Below are positions 45,158-53,639 of a stretch of DNA of 64,000 nt, piece by piece. A model generated the notes under the pieces. It had not been told where the DNA came from. It was given only the letters and a program-made list of their open reading frames with translations, and made no database searches. The stretch spans positions 4,588 through 68,587 of the forward strand of contig JAILRU010000016.1 of the NCBI GenBank assembly GCA_024697945.1, given 5' to 3'. Positions within the stretch are counted from its first letter, which is position 1. Each line of letters begins with the position of its first letter. The DNA comes from Bacteroidaceae bacterium (GTDB lineage: Bacteria; Bacteroidota; Bacteroidia; Bacteroidales; Bacteroidaceae). The position numbers were made by a program, and so were the translations under genes.

Positions 45158-45267
45158 GTATGCTCAATGAGAAGAAAGTGCACGCTCAATGAGAAGAAAG
45201 TGCGTACTGAATAGGACGAATGAGCAGGGTCAATAGGGGAAAAGAGTCTGCTGAATAGGGAGAAAGA
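45158..45267. repeat. five tandem 22-bp units (two near-identical, three degenerate)
   Basis: gctcaatgagaagaaagtgc occurs twice exactly (45162, 45184). This is followed by tactgaataggacgaatgagc, gggtcaataggggaaaagag and ctgctgaatagggagaaagag in 22-nt phase. Confidence 0.8.
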
Positions 45268-45306
45268 GCGGGGTGTTCTGGGAGAGTCACCGCGGTCAGT
45301 TGATCT

Positions 45307-45394
45307 TGCGGCGGGCGGTGAAAACATTTTCAGCGGCCGCTGAAAATATCCGCAGCGCCCGCCGAAAAGAATTGCAGCGCCCGCTGAAAACCTA
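45307..45394. repeat. four 22-bp-phased GC(A/G)GCGCCCGC(T/C)GAAAA units, including a 20-nt perfect palindrome
   Basis: ttttcagcggccgctgaaaa (45329-45348) is a perfect palindrome. gcagcgcccgccgaaaag and gcagcgcccgctgaaaac follow. The last unit reaches the stop of the HU-like gene. Confidence 0.8.
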
Positions 45395-46021
45395 TTTTTG
45401 TGTAGTCAGTATGACATAGTGCCACGTGTGCCCTTCTTTGTGGCGCTCCAGACGTGGTTCCTTGCCCCAACAGAGGCTGTCGAGGTAATCTTTTGCCGAA
45501 TGGTACTTCAGGCCACTATGACGCATAAAGGTGCTGATGGTGATGTAACCATAACGCGTGCTGCGACGCAGAGCCTCATCCATTGCCTTGGAGTCGTACA
45601 TCTGACTGTTGCCTACACTTATCCTCAGTTTGCGGAATCCGTCGCGCGAACAGTCGGCATCGTTCACAAACTGTTTATTGGGGATAAACTCTATACCATT
45701 ATATATAATATCGCGTCCCGTCACCTTGTCGGGGTTGGTGTGTTCTCCAACCAACTTCAGTTTGGGAGCAAGGGAACCGAAGGGCGTTTCCACACGGTAG
45801 CCTTTGCGAAGCCACATCGTGACGACCTCTTCCAGCAGATAGAAGAGCCGCTGCATCTCTCCCTTGCTCGTATGCCGATATTTGGCACAAAAATCATCGA
45901 TATCATCAAGCTCATACTTACGCTCTATCACGGGCTGGGCGTAGAGCAAAGGCTTGCCGTCGTCACCCTTGGTGGGACGCGGTTGCAGTTCAAAGAGTAT
46001 TCCGTCAGTCTTACGTGGCAT
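45392..46021 (-). CDS. HU-like (Bacteroidota histone-like, HU_HIG-type) DNA-binding domain protein
   Basis: From MPRKTDG: ..LLYAQPVIERKYELDDIDDFCAKYRHTSKGEMQRLFYLLEEVVTMWLRKGYRVETPFGSL.. fits the N-terminal HU-like pattern. Start set at the ATG at 46021, downstream of a -7 box. Confidence 0.55.
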   Translation of the reverse strand: MPRKTDGILFELQPRPTKGDDGKPLLYAQPVIERKYELDDIDDFCAKYRHTSKGEMQRLFYLLEEVVTMWLRKGYRVETPFGSLAPKLKLVGEHTNPDKVTGRDIIYNGIEFIPNKQFVNDADCSRDGFRKLRISVGNSQMYDSKAMDEALRRSTRYGYITISTFMRHSGLKYHSAKDYLDSLCWGKEPRLERHKEGHTWHYVILTTQK

Positions 46022-46048
46022 ATTTGTTCCTTTTAGGTAATTATGGTG

Positions 46049-46056
46049 CAAATATA
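46049..46056 (-). promoter_or_regulatory. -7 box TAtaTTTG for the HU-like gene
   Basis: Plus strand reads caaatata, 28 nt upstream of the ATG. Confidence 0.55.
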
Positions 46057-46093
46057 CTGAATTTAATTCAAAAATATCCATGCGGTTGCAAAT

Positions 46094-46141
46094 TTTTCAC
46101 TTTTCACTATAATTCTTCATTCTTCATTCTTCATTCTTCAT
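46094..46141. repeat. (TTTTCAC)x2 and (ATTCTTC)x4 between divergent promoters
   Basis: ttttcac ttttcac tataa ttcttca ttcttca ttcttca ttcttca. Confidence 0.85.
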
Positions 46142-46150
46142 TTTTTGTCG

Positions 46151-46158
46151 TACCTTTG
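46151..46158 (+). promoter_or_regulatory. -7 box TAccTTTG upstream of etfB
   Basis: 56 nt upstream of the ATG. Confidence 0.55.
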
Positions 46159-46213
46159 CACGGATTTTGCAAAAGTGTGCAATATTTGAGTAAATAAAAC
46201 CAATCGAAATAAT

Positions 46214-47113
46214 ATGAGTTTAAAAATCGTTGTACTTGCCAAACAAGTACCTGACACGCGCAACGTCGGTCCGGATGCCATGACTCCGGAAGGGACCATA
46301 AACCGTAGCGCTCTGCCTGCTATCTTCAATCCCGAGGACTTGAATGCTCTGGAGCAGGCTCTCCGACTGAAAGACCAATTCCCTGGCACTACGGTGACCG
46401 TCATTACGATGGGACCAGGCCGTGCTGCCGAGGTGATACGCGAGGCTATGTACCGTGGTGCTGATGGTGGCTACCTGCTGACCGACCGTGCCTTTGCCGG
46501 TGCCGATACATTGGCAACCAGCTATGCGCTGGCTACTGCCATCAAGCATGTCTGCCCAGATGTTGATCTCATCATTGGCGGTCGTCAGGCTATCGATGGG
46601 GATACTGCTCAGGTAGGACCACAGGTGGCTGAGAAGCTGGGACTGAACCAGATAACTTATGTAGAAGGAGTTAAAGAAGTTAAGGAAGTTAAAGGAGTTA
46701 AGGAAGTCATCGCTACGCGTCACATCGATGGTGGTGTGGAGACGGTGGAAAGCCCTCTGCCCTGTGTGTTGACTGTTAACGGAAGTGCTGCGCCCTGTCG
46801 TCCTCGCAACGTGAAGCGCGTGATGAAGTACAAACGTTGCCTGGCTCCTATGGAGTTGGCTCCCGATACTACGTTTGCCGAGTTGCCATACGCTGAGCAG
46901 TACGAGAAGAAGCCTTACCTGAAGCTGGGTCAACTGACCTGTGCCGACGTGAATGCCGACCTGCAGCAATGTGGTTTGGCAGGCTCGCCCACCAAGGTGA
47001 AGAACGTGGAGAACATCGTCTTCAAGGCAAAGGAAAGTAAAGTATTAAGCGGTAGCGACGAGGATGTGAACGGCTTAATAAAGGAATTGTTGAATGATAG
47101 ATTAATAGGATAG
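46214..47113 (+). CDS. etfB: electron transfer flavoprotein subunit beta
   Basis: IVVLAKQVPDTRNV, TMGPGRA, DRAFAGADTLATSYALA, GRQAIDGDTAQVGPQVAEKLG. Confidence 0.9.
   Translation: MSLKIVVLAKQVPDTRNVGPDAMTPEGTINRSALPAIFNPEDLNALEQALRLKDQFPGTTVTVITMGPGRAAEVIREAMYRGADGGYLLTDRAFAGADTLATSYALATAIKHVCPDVDLIIGGRQAIDGDTAQVGPQVAEKLGLNQITYVEGVKEVKEVKGVKEVIATRHIDGGVETVESPLPCVLTVNGSAAPCRPRNVKRVMKYKRCLAPMELAPDTTFAELPYAEQYEKKPYLKLGQLTCADVNADLQQCGLAGSPTKVKNVENIVFKAKESKVLSGSDEDVNGLIKELLNDRLIG
46670..46705 (+). repeat. in-frame tandem 9-mers (GTTAAAGAA)x4 in etfB
   Basis: gttaaagaa gttaaggaa gttaaagga gttaaggaa encodes VKEVKEVKGVKE. Confidence 0.9.
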
Positions 47114-47119
47114 CAAGAT

Positions 47120-48142
47120 ATGAACAACGTTTTTGTATATTGTGAAATAGAAGGTACGCAGGTACAGGAAGTGTCCCAGGAACTCCTGACGAAGGGTCGC
47201 AAGCTGGCCAATACACTGGGCGTACAACTGGAAGCCGTGGCTGCAGGTAGCGGCATTACGGGTAAGGTGGAGAGTCAGATTCTGCCTTATGGTGTAGATA
47301 AGTTGCATATCTTTGACGCTGAGGGTTTGGCTCCCTATACGAGCAAGCCTCATACGGCTGTCCTTGTGAACCTGTTCAAGCAGGAACAGCCCCAAATCTG
47401 TCTGATGGGTGCCGATGTGGTAGGTCGTGACCTCGGACCTCGCGTCTCCTCTGCATTGCATAGCGGCCTTACAGCTGACTGCACAAGCCTGGAGATTGGT
47501 CCTCACGATGACAAGAAGACTGGCAAGCACTACGACAATCTGCTCTATCAGATTCGTCCTGCCTTTGGCGGTAACATCGTGGCAACGATTGTGAACCCCG
47601 AGAACCGTCCGCAGATGGCAACCGTCCGCTCTGGTGTGATGAAGGCCGAGGTGCTCGACCCCAACTACAAGGGCGAGGTCGTCATAGAGGATGTGGCGAA
47701 GTTCGTACCTGAGACGGAGTACGTCACCAAGGTTCTGGACCGTCACGTGCAGGCAGCGAAGAACAACCTGAAGGGAGCCAGCATCATCGTGGCTGGCGGC
47801 TATGGTGTGGGAAGTAAGGAAGGCTTCGAGCAGCTCTACGAACTGGCGAAAGTGCTTCATGCAGAGGTAGGTGCCTCTCGTGCTGCTGTCGATGCAGGCT
47901 TTGCCGACCACGACCTGCAGATTGGTCAGACTGGTGTCACCGTTCGCCCGAAGGTCTATATTGCCTGCGGCATCAGCGGAGCCATCCAGCATGTGGCAGG
48001 TATGAAGGAGTCGGGCATCATCATCTCTATCAACAGCGACGAGAACGCCCCCATCAACACCATTGCCGACTACGTCATCAACGGCACAGTAGAAGAAGTG
48101 GTTCCAAAGTTGATTAAGTATTATAAACAAAATAGTAAGTAA
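47120..48142 (+). CDS. etfA: electron transfer flavoprotein subunit alpha
   Basis: C-terminal FAD-binding region ..VGASRAAVDAG..QIGQTG..V.PK.YIACGISGAIQH..G. Confidence 0.9.
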   Translation: MNNVFVYCEIEGTQVQEVSQELLTKGRKLANTLGVQLEAVAAGSGITGKVESQILPYGVDKLHIFDAEGLAPYTSKPHTAVLVNLFKQEQPQICLMGADVVGRDLGPRVSSALHSGLTADCTSLEIGPHDDKKTGKHYDNLLYQIRPAFGGNIVATIVNPENRPQMATVRSGVMKAEVLDPNYKGEVVIEDVAKFVPETEYVTKVLDRHVQAAKNNLKGASIIVAGGYGVGSKEGFEQLYELAKVLHAEVGASRAAVDAGFADHDLQIGQTGVTVRPKVYIACGISGAIQHVAGMKESGIIISINSDENAPINTIADYVINGTVEEVVPKLIKYYKQNSK

Positions 48143-48143
48143 C

Positions 48144-49856
48144 ATGGCTAACTATTATAACGACATAAAAGAGATTAAGTTCGAGCTCGAGAACAGCCCG
48201 CTCATGGAGCGTATTGTTGAACTCAAGGAACGTTCATTCGAAGACAAGGACCAATATGACGAGGCTCCGCAGGACTTTGCCGATGCTATGGACAGCTACG
48301 ACAAGGTACTTGACATCGTGGGCGACATCACAGCCAATGTGGTTGCCCCAAATGCTGAGGACGTAGATGCCGAGGGTCCCCACTTGGAGAAAGGTCGCGT
48401 CAGCTATGCCTCGAAGACCTACGAGAACCTTAATGCCATGCGGAGTGCTGGCATGAACGGCATGACGATGCCCCGTCGCTACGGCGGCTTGAACCTGCCT
48501 GTCACGGTCTATACCGCCGCCAACGAGATTGTCTCCACGGGTGACGCTGGCTTCGAGAACATCTGGAGCCTGCAGGACTGCATTGAGACACTCTACTGCT
48601 TTGGCAACGAGGAACAGCGCCAGAAGTACATCCCCCGTGTCTGTGCAGGTGAGACCATGAGTATGGACCTTACTGAGCCTGATGCCGGCAGCGACCTGCA
48701 GAGCGTCATGCTCAAAGCCACCTTCGACGAGGAGAACAACTGCTGGCGCCTGAATGGTGCAAAACGTTTCATTACCAACGGCGACAGCGACATCCATCTT
48801 GTACTGGCTCGTTCTGAGGCAGGCACTCGCGATGGCCGTGGTCTGTCCATGTTCATATACGACAAACGAGACGGCGGTGTGGATGTACGTCGCATCGAGA
48901 ACAAGTTGGGTATTCACGGCAGTCCAACCTGCGAGCTGGTCTATAAGAACGCCAAGTGCGAACTATGTGGCGACCGCAAGCTGGGCCTTATTAAATATGT
49001 AATGTCTCTGATGAACGGTGCCCGTTTGGGTATAGCTGCCCAGAGCGTAGGCCTCAGTCAGGCTGCCTACAACGAGGCCATTGCCTATGCTCGTGACCGT
49101 AAGCAGTTCGGCAAAGCCATCATCGAGTTCCCCGCTGTGGCTGAGATGATTAGCAACATCAAGGCTCGCCTCGATGCCGGTCGTGCTCTGCTCTATCAGA
49201 CTGCCCGCTATGTGGATATCTACAAAGCCTTGGAGGATATCAGCCGCGACCGTAAACTGGAGCCAGAAGAGCGTGCAGAGTTGAAGCAGTACAGCCGCTT
49301 GGCAGATGCCTTTACGCCTCTGGCAAAGGGTATGAACTCTGAGTATGCCAACCAGAACGGCTACGACTGCATACAGGTGCATGGTGGTTCTGGCTTCATG
49401 CTGGAGTATGCCTGCCAGCGCATCTACCGCGACGCTCGTATAACCAGCATCTACGAAGGTACCACACAGTTGCAGACCGTGGCAGCTATCCGCTACGTCA
49501 CCAATGGCTTCTACAGTCAGGTGATTGCTGATTATGAGCAGTTGCCTTACGCTCCCGAGTACGAGACCGTTATGGCTCGTATCAAGGCAATGGCTGAGAA
49601 GTTCAACGCTTGCACGACGGCTGTCAAGGAAGCCGAGAACCAGGACCTGCACGACCTTTGTGCCCGTCACCTCTACGAGATGGCAGCCGACGTCATAATG
49701 TGCCACCTCCTGCTACAGAACGCCTCGAAGGCTCCCGAACTCTTCGGTAAGAGTCTTCAGGTCTATGTCAACCTCGCAGAGGCTGAGGTGGAGAAGCATG
49801 CTTCCCTGCTCAGCAAGATGAATGTAGAACAATTGGAGAATTACAGACAACAATAA
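48144..49856 (+). CDS. acyl-CoA dehydrogenase family protein (long, 570 aa)
   Basis: LTEPDAGSDL, FITNG and IYEGT.Q.Q motifs; adjacent to etfBA. Confidence 0.85.
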   Translation: MANYYNDIKEIKFELENSPLMERIVELKERSFEDKDQYDEAPQDFADAMDSYDKVLDIVGDITANVVAPNAEDVDAEGPHLEKGRVSYASKTYENLNAMRSAGMNGMTMPRRYGGLNLPVTVYTAANEIVSTGDAGFENIWSLQDCIETLYCFGNEEQRQKYIPRVCAGETMSMDLTEPDAGSDLQSVMLKATFDEENNCWRLNGAKRFITNGDSDIHLVLARSEAGTRDGRGLSMFIYDKRDGGVDVRRIENKLGIHGSPTCELVYKNAKCELCGDRKLGLIKYVMSLMNGARLGIAAQSVGLSQAAYNEAIAYARDRKQFGKAIIEFPAVAEMISNIKARLDAGRALLYQTARYVDIYKALEDISRDRKLEPEERAELKQYSRLADAFTPLAKGMNSEYANQNGYDCIQVHGGSGFMLEYACQRIYRDARITSIYEGTTQLQTVAAIRYVTNGFYSQVIADYEQLPYAPEYETVMARIKAMAEKFNACTTAVKEAENQDLHDLCARHLYEMAADVIMCHLLLQNASKAPELFGKSLQVYVNLAEAEVEKHASLLSKMNVEQLENYRQQ

Positions 49857-49870
49857 AAAAAAGAACCACC

Positions 49871-52219
49871 ATGAGACAATATCTTTTGTCCTTCCTGCTG
49901 ATGATGCTCGGTGCCTTGCAGCTGCAAGCTACCGACGTCATCTATGGAAACTGTCACTACCGCGAGATAGACGGGCGCTATGCAGGTTACCGCAAGACGG
50001 AGAGCTATACCACCTTCGAGACCGACGACCGTATCATTCTGGTCTATTGTCTGCGCATCCCCCGCGCCACCGTGTCGGGTTCAGCCAGAATTATTCCCAA
50101 AGTGACAGGCGACGTTACGCTCAATGTTCGTGTCAAGAATTGCGAAACCGACGAAGTGCTTCTTGAACACAGCGTCACACAGGCTTGCACAAGAAATCAG
50201 GCAGTTAGTTTACAGATAATCCCAGAGATGAGTTTCCCTGCAGACACATGGTATCGCGTTGAGATTCAGGCTCCAAATGGTTACAGCCGCATTATACGTC
50301 TCAATGAGCTTGACTTCGAACGCTCGGGCGGACAACCCGTCATCGATGCCCACCTGCGCGGCTTCCCCACACCTGCCACTCACCTCTGGTTTGGACACTC
50401 AACGGCAACCAATGCGCCGCAGAACGAGTCCTACGAGTGGTGCTACCAGGAGGTGCTCATGCCCAAGCAATGGGCAACCATCAACACCTACCTCATGACG
50501 CTTGGCATCACAGGCGGCTATATGGGCATACAGATGTGCGGACAGACGGTGAAGAACGAGAATGGCCAGTCTACCGACACCATTCCTTCGTCCTATCAGC
50601 ATCGGGTCCTCTTCTCCATTTGGGACAATGGCGACACAGACGTCACGCCTAACCTCGCCACATACCTCCGCGCTGGCGCTTTGGCTTATGGCGACGATGT
50701 CACCATCAATCGCTTCGGCAACGAGGGTACTGGCTGCCAGTCAATGGTATATAATGGTAAGTGGGAACCAGGAGAATGGGTACAGTTCCTGACCTGTGCA
50801 CGTCCTGAGGAACGTGCCATCACCCTGAAGGACAAGGACGGCAACGACAGCATCATCCGCTATCCATGCTCCCTGCTCTCTACATGGTACAAGGCCATAG
50901 ATGACCCCGAGTGGCACTACATGGCCACTATCCGCCACAGTGGCGAGTCGCACTACTGGAACACCTGGTATTCCTTTATAGAGAACTGGGCAGACACCGG
51001 TGGCGAACTCTTCCGCCGTGCCTACTACCGCAACAACTACCAGCGTTCCGTTGGTAGCGGCAAGTGGTACTTCGTCAATAAAGTTGATCTCTTCAGCCAG
51101 ACCGATTACCAGAGTTTCATCAACAGCGGAGAGATTACCACTCGCCATCGTCGTATGGACTACGGACACGGACTTGCCAGCGACGTGCCCCGTGCTTTCT
51201 ACATGCAGGCAGGAGGCTACGGACAGCCCAAGGACTCTGCCAACGTACTGCCATTGGTCGAAGACCACAGCTGCGTGGAGAGCATTAACCTCGACTCTCT
51301 CATTGCCACCTTGCAGAATGCCTATCAGGCCGACTCCAGGGCATCGATGACGACACTCGTCTCCACTCGTAGCTCACTGAAATCTATGAAAGAGCTGGTA
51401 GATGACCTCATTGCCAAGACCAACCGCTTCGAAGGCTATACAGAAGAAGCTATGGCTCCCATCCGCGAATTGGCTCAGACGGAATACACTCTGTCGGAGA
51501 TGAAGCAAGCATTGAAGACGATGGCAACGAACAATCAAGTCCTGCGCTACGGCAATACCGTCAAGATTACCCACATCTGCTCCTTCCGTGCCTATCTGAT
51601 AGGAACTGGTGAAGAAGTCCTGGCCATGCGAGGTAACGAGGTAGTCTGCGTACCTCAGAATGAAGCTGACGTCACAGACCCTAACAACCATTGGATTGTG
51701 CTGCGTCACGACGACACGAGCTACTACTGCCTCTACAATCTCGGCACTGGTCTTTATCTCACTATCGGTTCGAAGTTGGCAGCGGAAGACATCCCCCATA
51801 AGCTAAACATCAACTTCACCGGTGGTAAGTTCTTGATTCGCGAGGGCGGCAACAAGTACGTTGGCTTCAGTCCCGACAAAGAGGCCATCTCTGTAGGCGC
51901 AGCCAAGGCAGCCCGCTTCGAACTGCTCGATAACTACTATCTCACGCCGCAGACCGAGCTCGTGAACGAACTGCTCGAGAAAACGACTCCCGATGGGGTT
52001 GCCACAGGCATTGATGAAATTCACAATTCACAATTCACAATTCATAATGATGGTGAGGTCGAAGGAGAGGCTTCTCTTGCCGACGACATCGTTGCAGTCT
52101 ATTATTACGACCTCAATGGCCAGCGCGTAGGCTACGACCTTCAGCCCGGCAAGCCCGTCATCGCCCACATCATCCTCCGCAACGGCGCCTCCATCGTCAG
52201 AAAGATTGTAGCAAAGTAA
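49871..52219 (+). CDS. secreted DUF3472-like domain protein with a divergent T9SS-type C-terminal domain (782 aa)
   Basis: Signal peptide. GGYMGIQ...VLFSIWDNGDTD resembles the DUF3472 core (from memory). C-terminus VAVYYYDLNGQRV...VRKIVAK. Confidence 0.5.
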   Translation: MRQYLLSFLLMMLGALQLQATDVIYGNCHYREIDGRYAGYRKTESYTTFETDDRIILVYCLRIPRATVSGSARIIPKVTGDVTLNVRVKNCETDEVLLEHSVTQACTRNQAVSLQIIPEMSFPADTWYRVEIQAPNGYSRIIRLNELDFERSGGQPVIDAHLRGFPTPATHLWFGHSTATNAPQNESYEWCYQEVLMPKQWATINTYLMTLGITGGYMGIQMCGQTVKNENGQSTDTIPSSYQHRVLFSIWDNGDTDVTPNLATYLRAGALAYGDDVTINRFGNEGTGCQSMVYNGKWEPGEWVQFLTCARPEERAITLKDKDGNDSIIRYPCSLLSTWYKAIDDPEWHYMATIRHSGESHYWNTWYSFIENWADTGGELFRRAYYRNNYQRSVGSGKWYFVNKVDLFSQTDYQSFINSGEITTRHRRMDYGHGLASDVPRAFYMQAGGYGQPKDSANVLPLVEDHSCVESINLDSLIATLQNAYQADSRASMTTLVSTRSSLKSMKELVDDLIAKTNRFEGYTEEAMAPIRELAQTEYTLSEMKQALKTMATNNQVLRYGNTVKITHICSFRAYLIGTGEEVLAMRGNEVVCVPQNEADVTDPNNHWIVLRHDDTSYYCLYNLGTGLYLTIGSKLAAEDIPHKLNINFTGGKFLIREGGNKYVGFSPDKEAISVGAAKAARFELLDNYYLTPQTELVNELLEKTTPDGVATGIDEIHNSQFTIHNDGEVEGEASLADDIVAVYYYDLNGQRVGYDLQPGKPVIAHIILRNGASIVRKIVAK
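52017..52046 (+). repeat. in-frame (ATTCACA)x3 plus ATTCATA in the pre-CTD linker
   Basis: Encodes IHNSQFTIHN. Confidence 0.9.
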
Positions 52220-52248
52220 GAGCTTCCGATTCCTGTACACTGGTTTTT

Positions 52249-52310
52249 AATCGGTGTACGCCAATCTCTGAATCGGTGTACGCCGATTATAGAATTGGTG
52301 TACGCCAATT
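52249..52310. repeat. three 22-nt-phased imperfect palindromes AAT(C/T)GGTGTACGCC(A/G)ATT between convergent genes
   Basis: aatcggtgtacgccaat / aatcggtgtacgccgatt / aattggtgtacgccaatt at 52249, 52271 and 52293. Confidence 0.85.
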
Positions 52311-52341
52311 AAAATGGGGTTAATTCGTTGTTTGGGAAAAA

Positions 52342-52369
52342 GGGCGTGCCAGAGTGAACTGACACGCCC
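52342..52369 (-). terminator. hairpin gggcgtgcca/tgacacgccc; on the minus strand it is followed by TTTTT
   Basis: A 10-bp stem with one mismatch and an 8-nt loop. It lies 27 nt past the stop of the minus-strand kinase gene. Confidence 0.65.
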
Positions 52370-52395
52370 GCTTTGTCATTTAGGCCGAAGGCTGC

Positions 52396-53499
52396 TTACT
52401 TGAGGCAGGTGGCGATAAATGCCTGCATCTCGGGGTAGTGCTTCTCGATGCTCAGCAGGAGGTGCAGCTGGTTGTTGGCACGGACGAAGTTGTGGTCGGG
52501 GTACTGGCACTTCCAGTACTTGTCGCCGCTGAGGTAGTCCCAGAGGAAGCGGACGCACTGCATGTAGGGGAAGAGGGCAGTGGCGTAGGGCAGGTTCTCT
52601 ATCTCGACGGGCAGGAGGAAGCTGCGGGCGCTCTCGAGATAGCCTTCAGTGAAGGCCTTGAAGATGTCCATGCGGAACTCCACCTTGTCCATGTCGGGAC
52701 AATCCTCAGCAACCTTGTTGGCACCAGTGCGCAGGAAATCGCCGTAGTCGGAGAAAATGAAGTTGGGCATCACGGTGTCGAGGTCGATGACGCAGAGCAC
52801 ATTGTCCTCCTTGTCGAACATCATATTGTTGACCTTCGTGTCACAGTGGCAGACGCGCTTAGGCAGTGTCCCCTCGCGTCCCATCCGTTCGGCTTTGCAC
52901 ATCTCATCGGCACGCTTCTCAATCTCGGCGAGCATGTTCTGTACCTTCTCTTCCTTGACACGACCAGCTGGGTCGCGCTTCACAACCTCGCGCAGCTGCT
53001 GCAGGCGGAACTCCATGTTGTGGAAGTCCTTGATGGTCTCGCCCAGCTGTACGGGAATATCGGCAAGCATGGCCTGGAAGTTACCGAAGGCACGTCCGGC
53101 GGCACGGCTGCTTTCAGGGTCAACAGCCTGCTTCGTGATGGCATTGTCGATGAAAACCATCAGGCGCCAGTAGGACCCGTCGTCCATGATGGTATAGAGC
53201 TTGTCACTCTCCTTGGCGGGAATGAAGTGCAATACGCGGCGGTCGATGTCGTGTGTGCCCTGTGCGGCAAGCTTCTTACGGATGTGCGATGTGACGGCAT
53301 CGATGTTGCGCATCACCATATCCACGTCGGGGAAGACCACGTGGTTGACGCGTTGCAGCACGTAGTCGGGCTTGTCCTGTTCTACGGTCTTAACTTTGTA
53401 GGTGTCGTTGATGAGTCCCTCGCCCAGCGGCTTAATCTCGCTGACGGTTCCTTCGTAAGCAAAACGGCCCACGATGGCGGATAATTGTTCTGAATTCAT
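52396..53499 (-). CDS. APH-fold sugar anomeric kinase, N-acetylhexosamine 1-kinase (NahK)-like
   Basis: FAYEGTVSEIKPLGEGLINDTYKV, VCHCDTKVNNMMFD, VIDLDTVMP, KYPDHNFVRA parallel Bifidobacterium NahK as I recall it. Confidence 0.6.
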   Translation of the reverse strand: MNSEQLSAIVGRFAYEGTVSEIKPLGEGLINDTYKVKTVEQDKPDYVLQRVNHVVFPDVDMVMRNIDAVTSHIRKKLAAQGTHDIDRRVLHFIPAKESDKLYTIMDDGSYWRLMVFIDNAITKQAVDPESSRAAGRAFGNFQAMLADIPVQLGETIKDFHNMEFRLQQLREVVKRDPAGRVKEEKVQNMLAEIEKRADEMCKAERMGREGTLPKRVCHCDTKVNNMMFDKEDNVLCVIDLDTVMPNFIFSDYGDFLRTGANKVAEDCPDMDKVEFRMDIFKAFTEGYLESARSFLLPVEIENLPYATALFPYMQCVRFLWDYLSGDKYWKCQYPDHNFVRANNQLHLLLSIEKHYPEMQAFIATCLK

Positions 53500-53553
53500 A
53501 GTTATGAAGGTTAAAATGTTTAAGAGTTAAAATGTTTAGAGGTTATTGTTGTG

Positions 53554-53561
53554 CAAAGATA
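53554..53561 (-). promoter_or_regulatory. -7 box TAtcTTTG for the kinase gene
   Basis: Plus strand reads caaagata in gtgcaaagatacgaaaaaaa. Confidence 0.55.
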
Positions 53562-53605
53562 CGAAAAAAATGAAGAATGAAGCATGAAGAGTGAAGAATA
53601 TTTTG

Positions 53606-53613
53606 TATTTTTG
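53606..53613 (+). promoter_or_regulatory. -7 box TAttTTTG upstream of the MG2-like gene
   Basis: 27 nt upstream of the ATG. Confidence 0.55.
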
Positions 53614-53639
53614 CAGGCGAAACCATATAAAGGGATAAC

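Noticed and set aside
45145-45327. 60-aa minus-strand ORF over the 22-bp arrays.
   Set aside because: The sequence is entirely repeat-derived, with no start context. Treated as non-coding.
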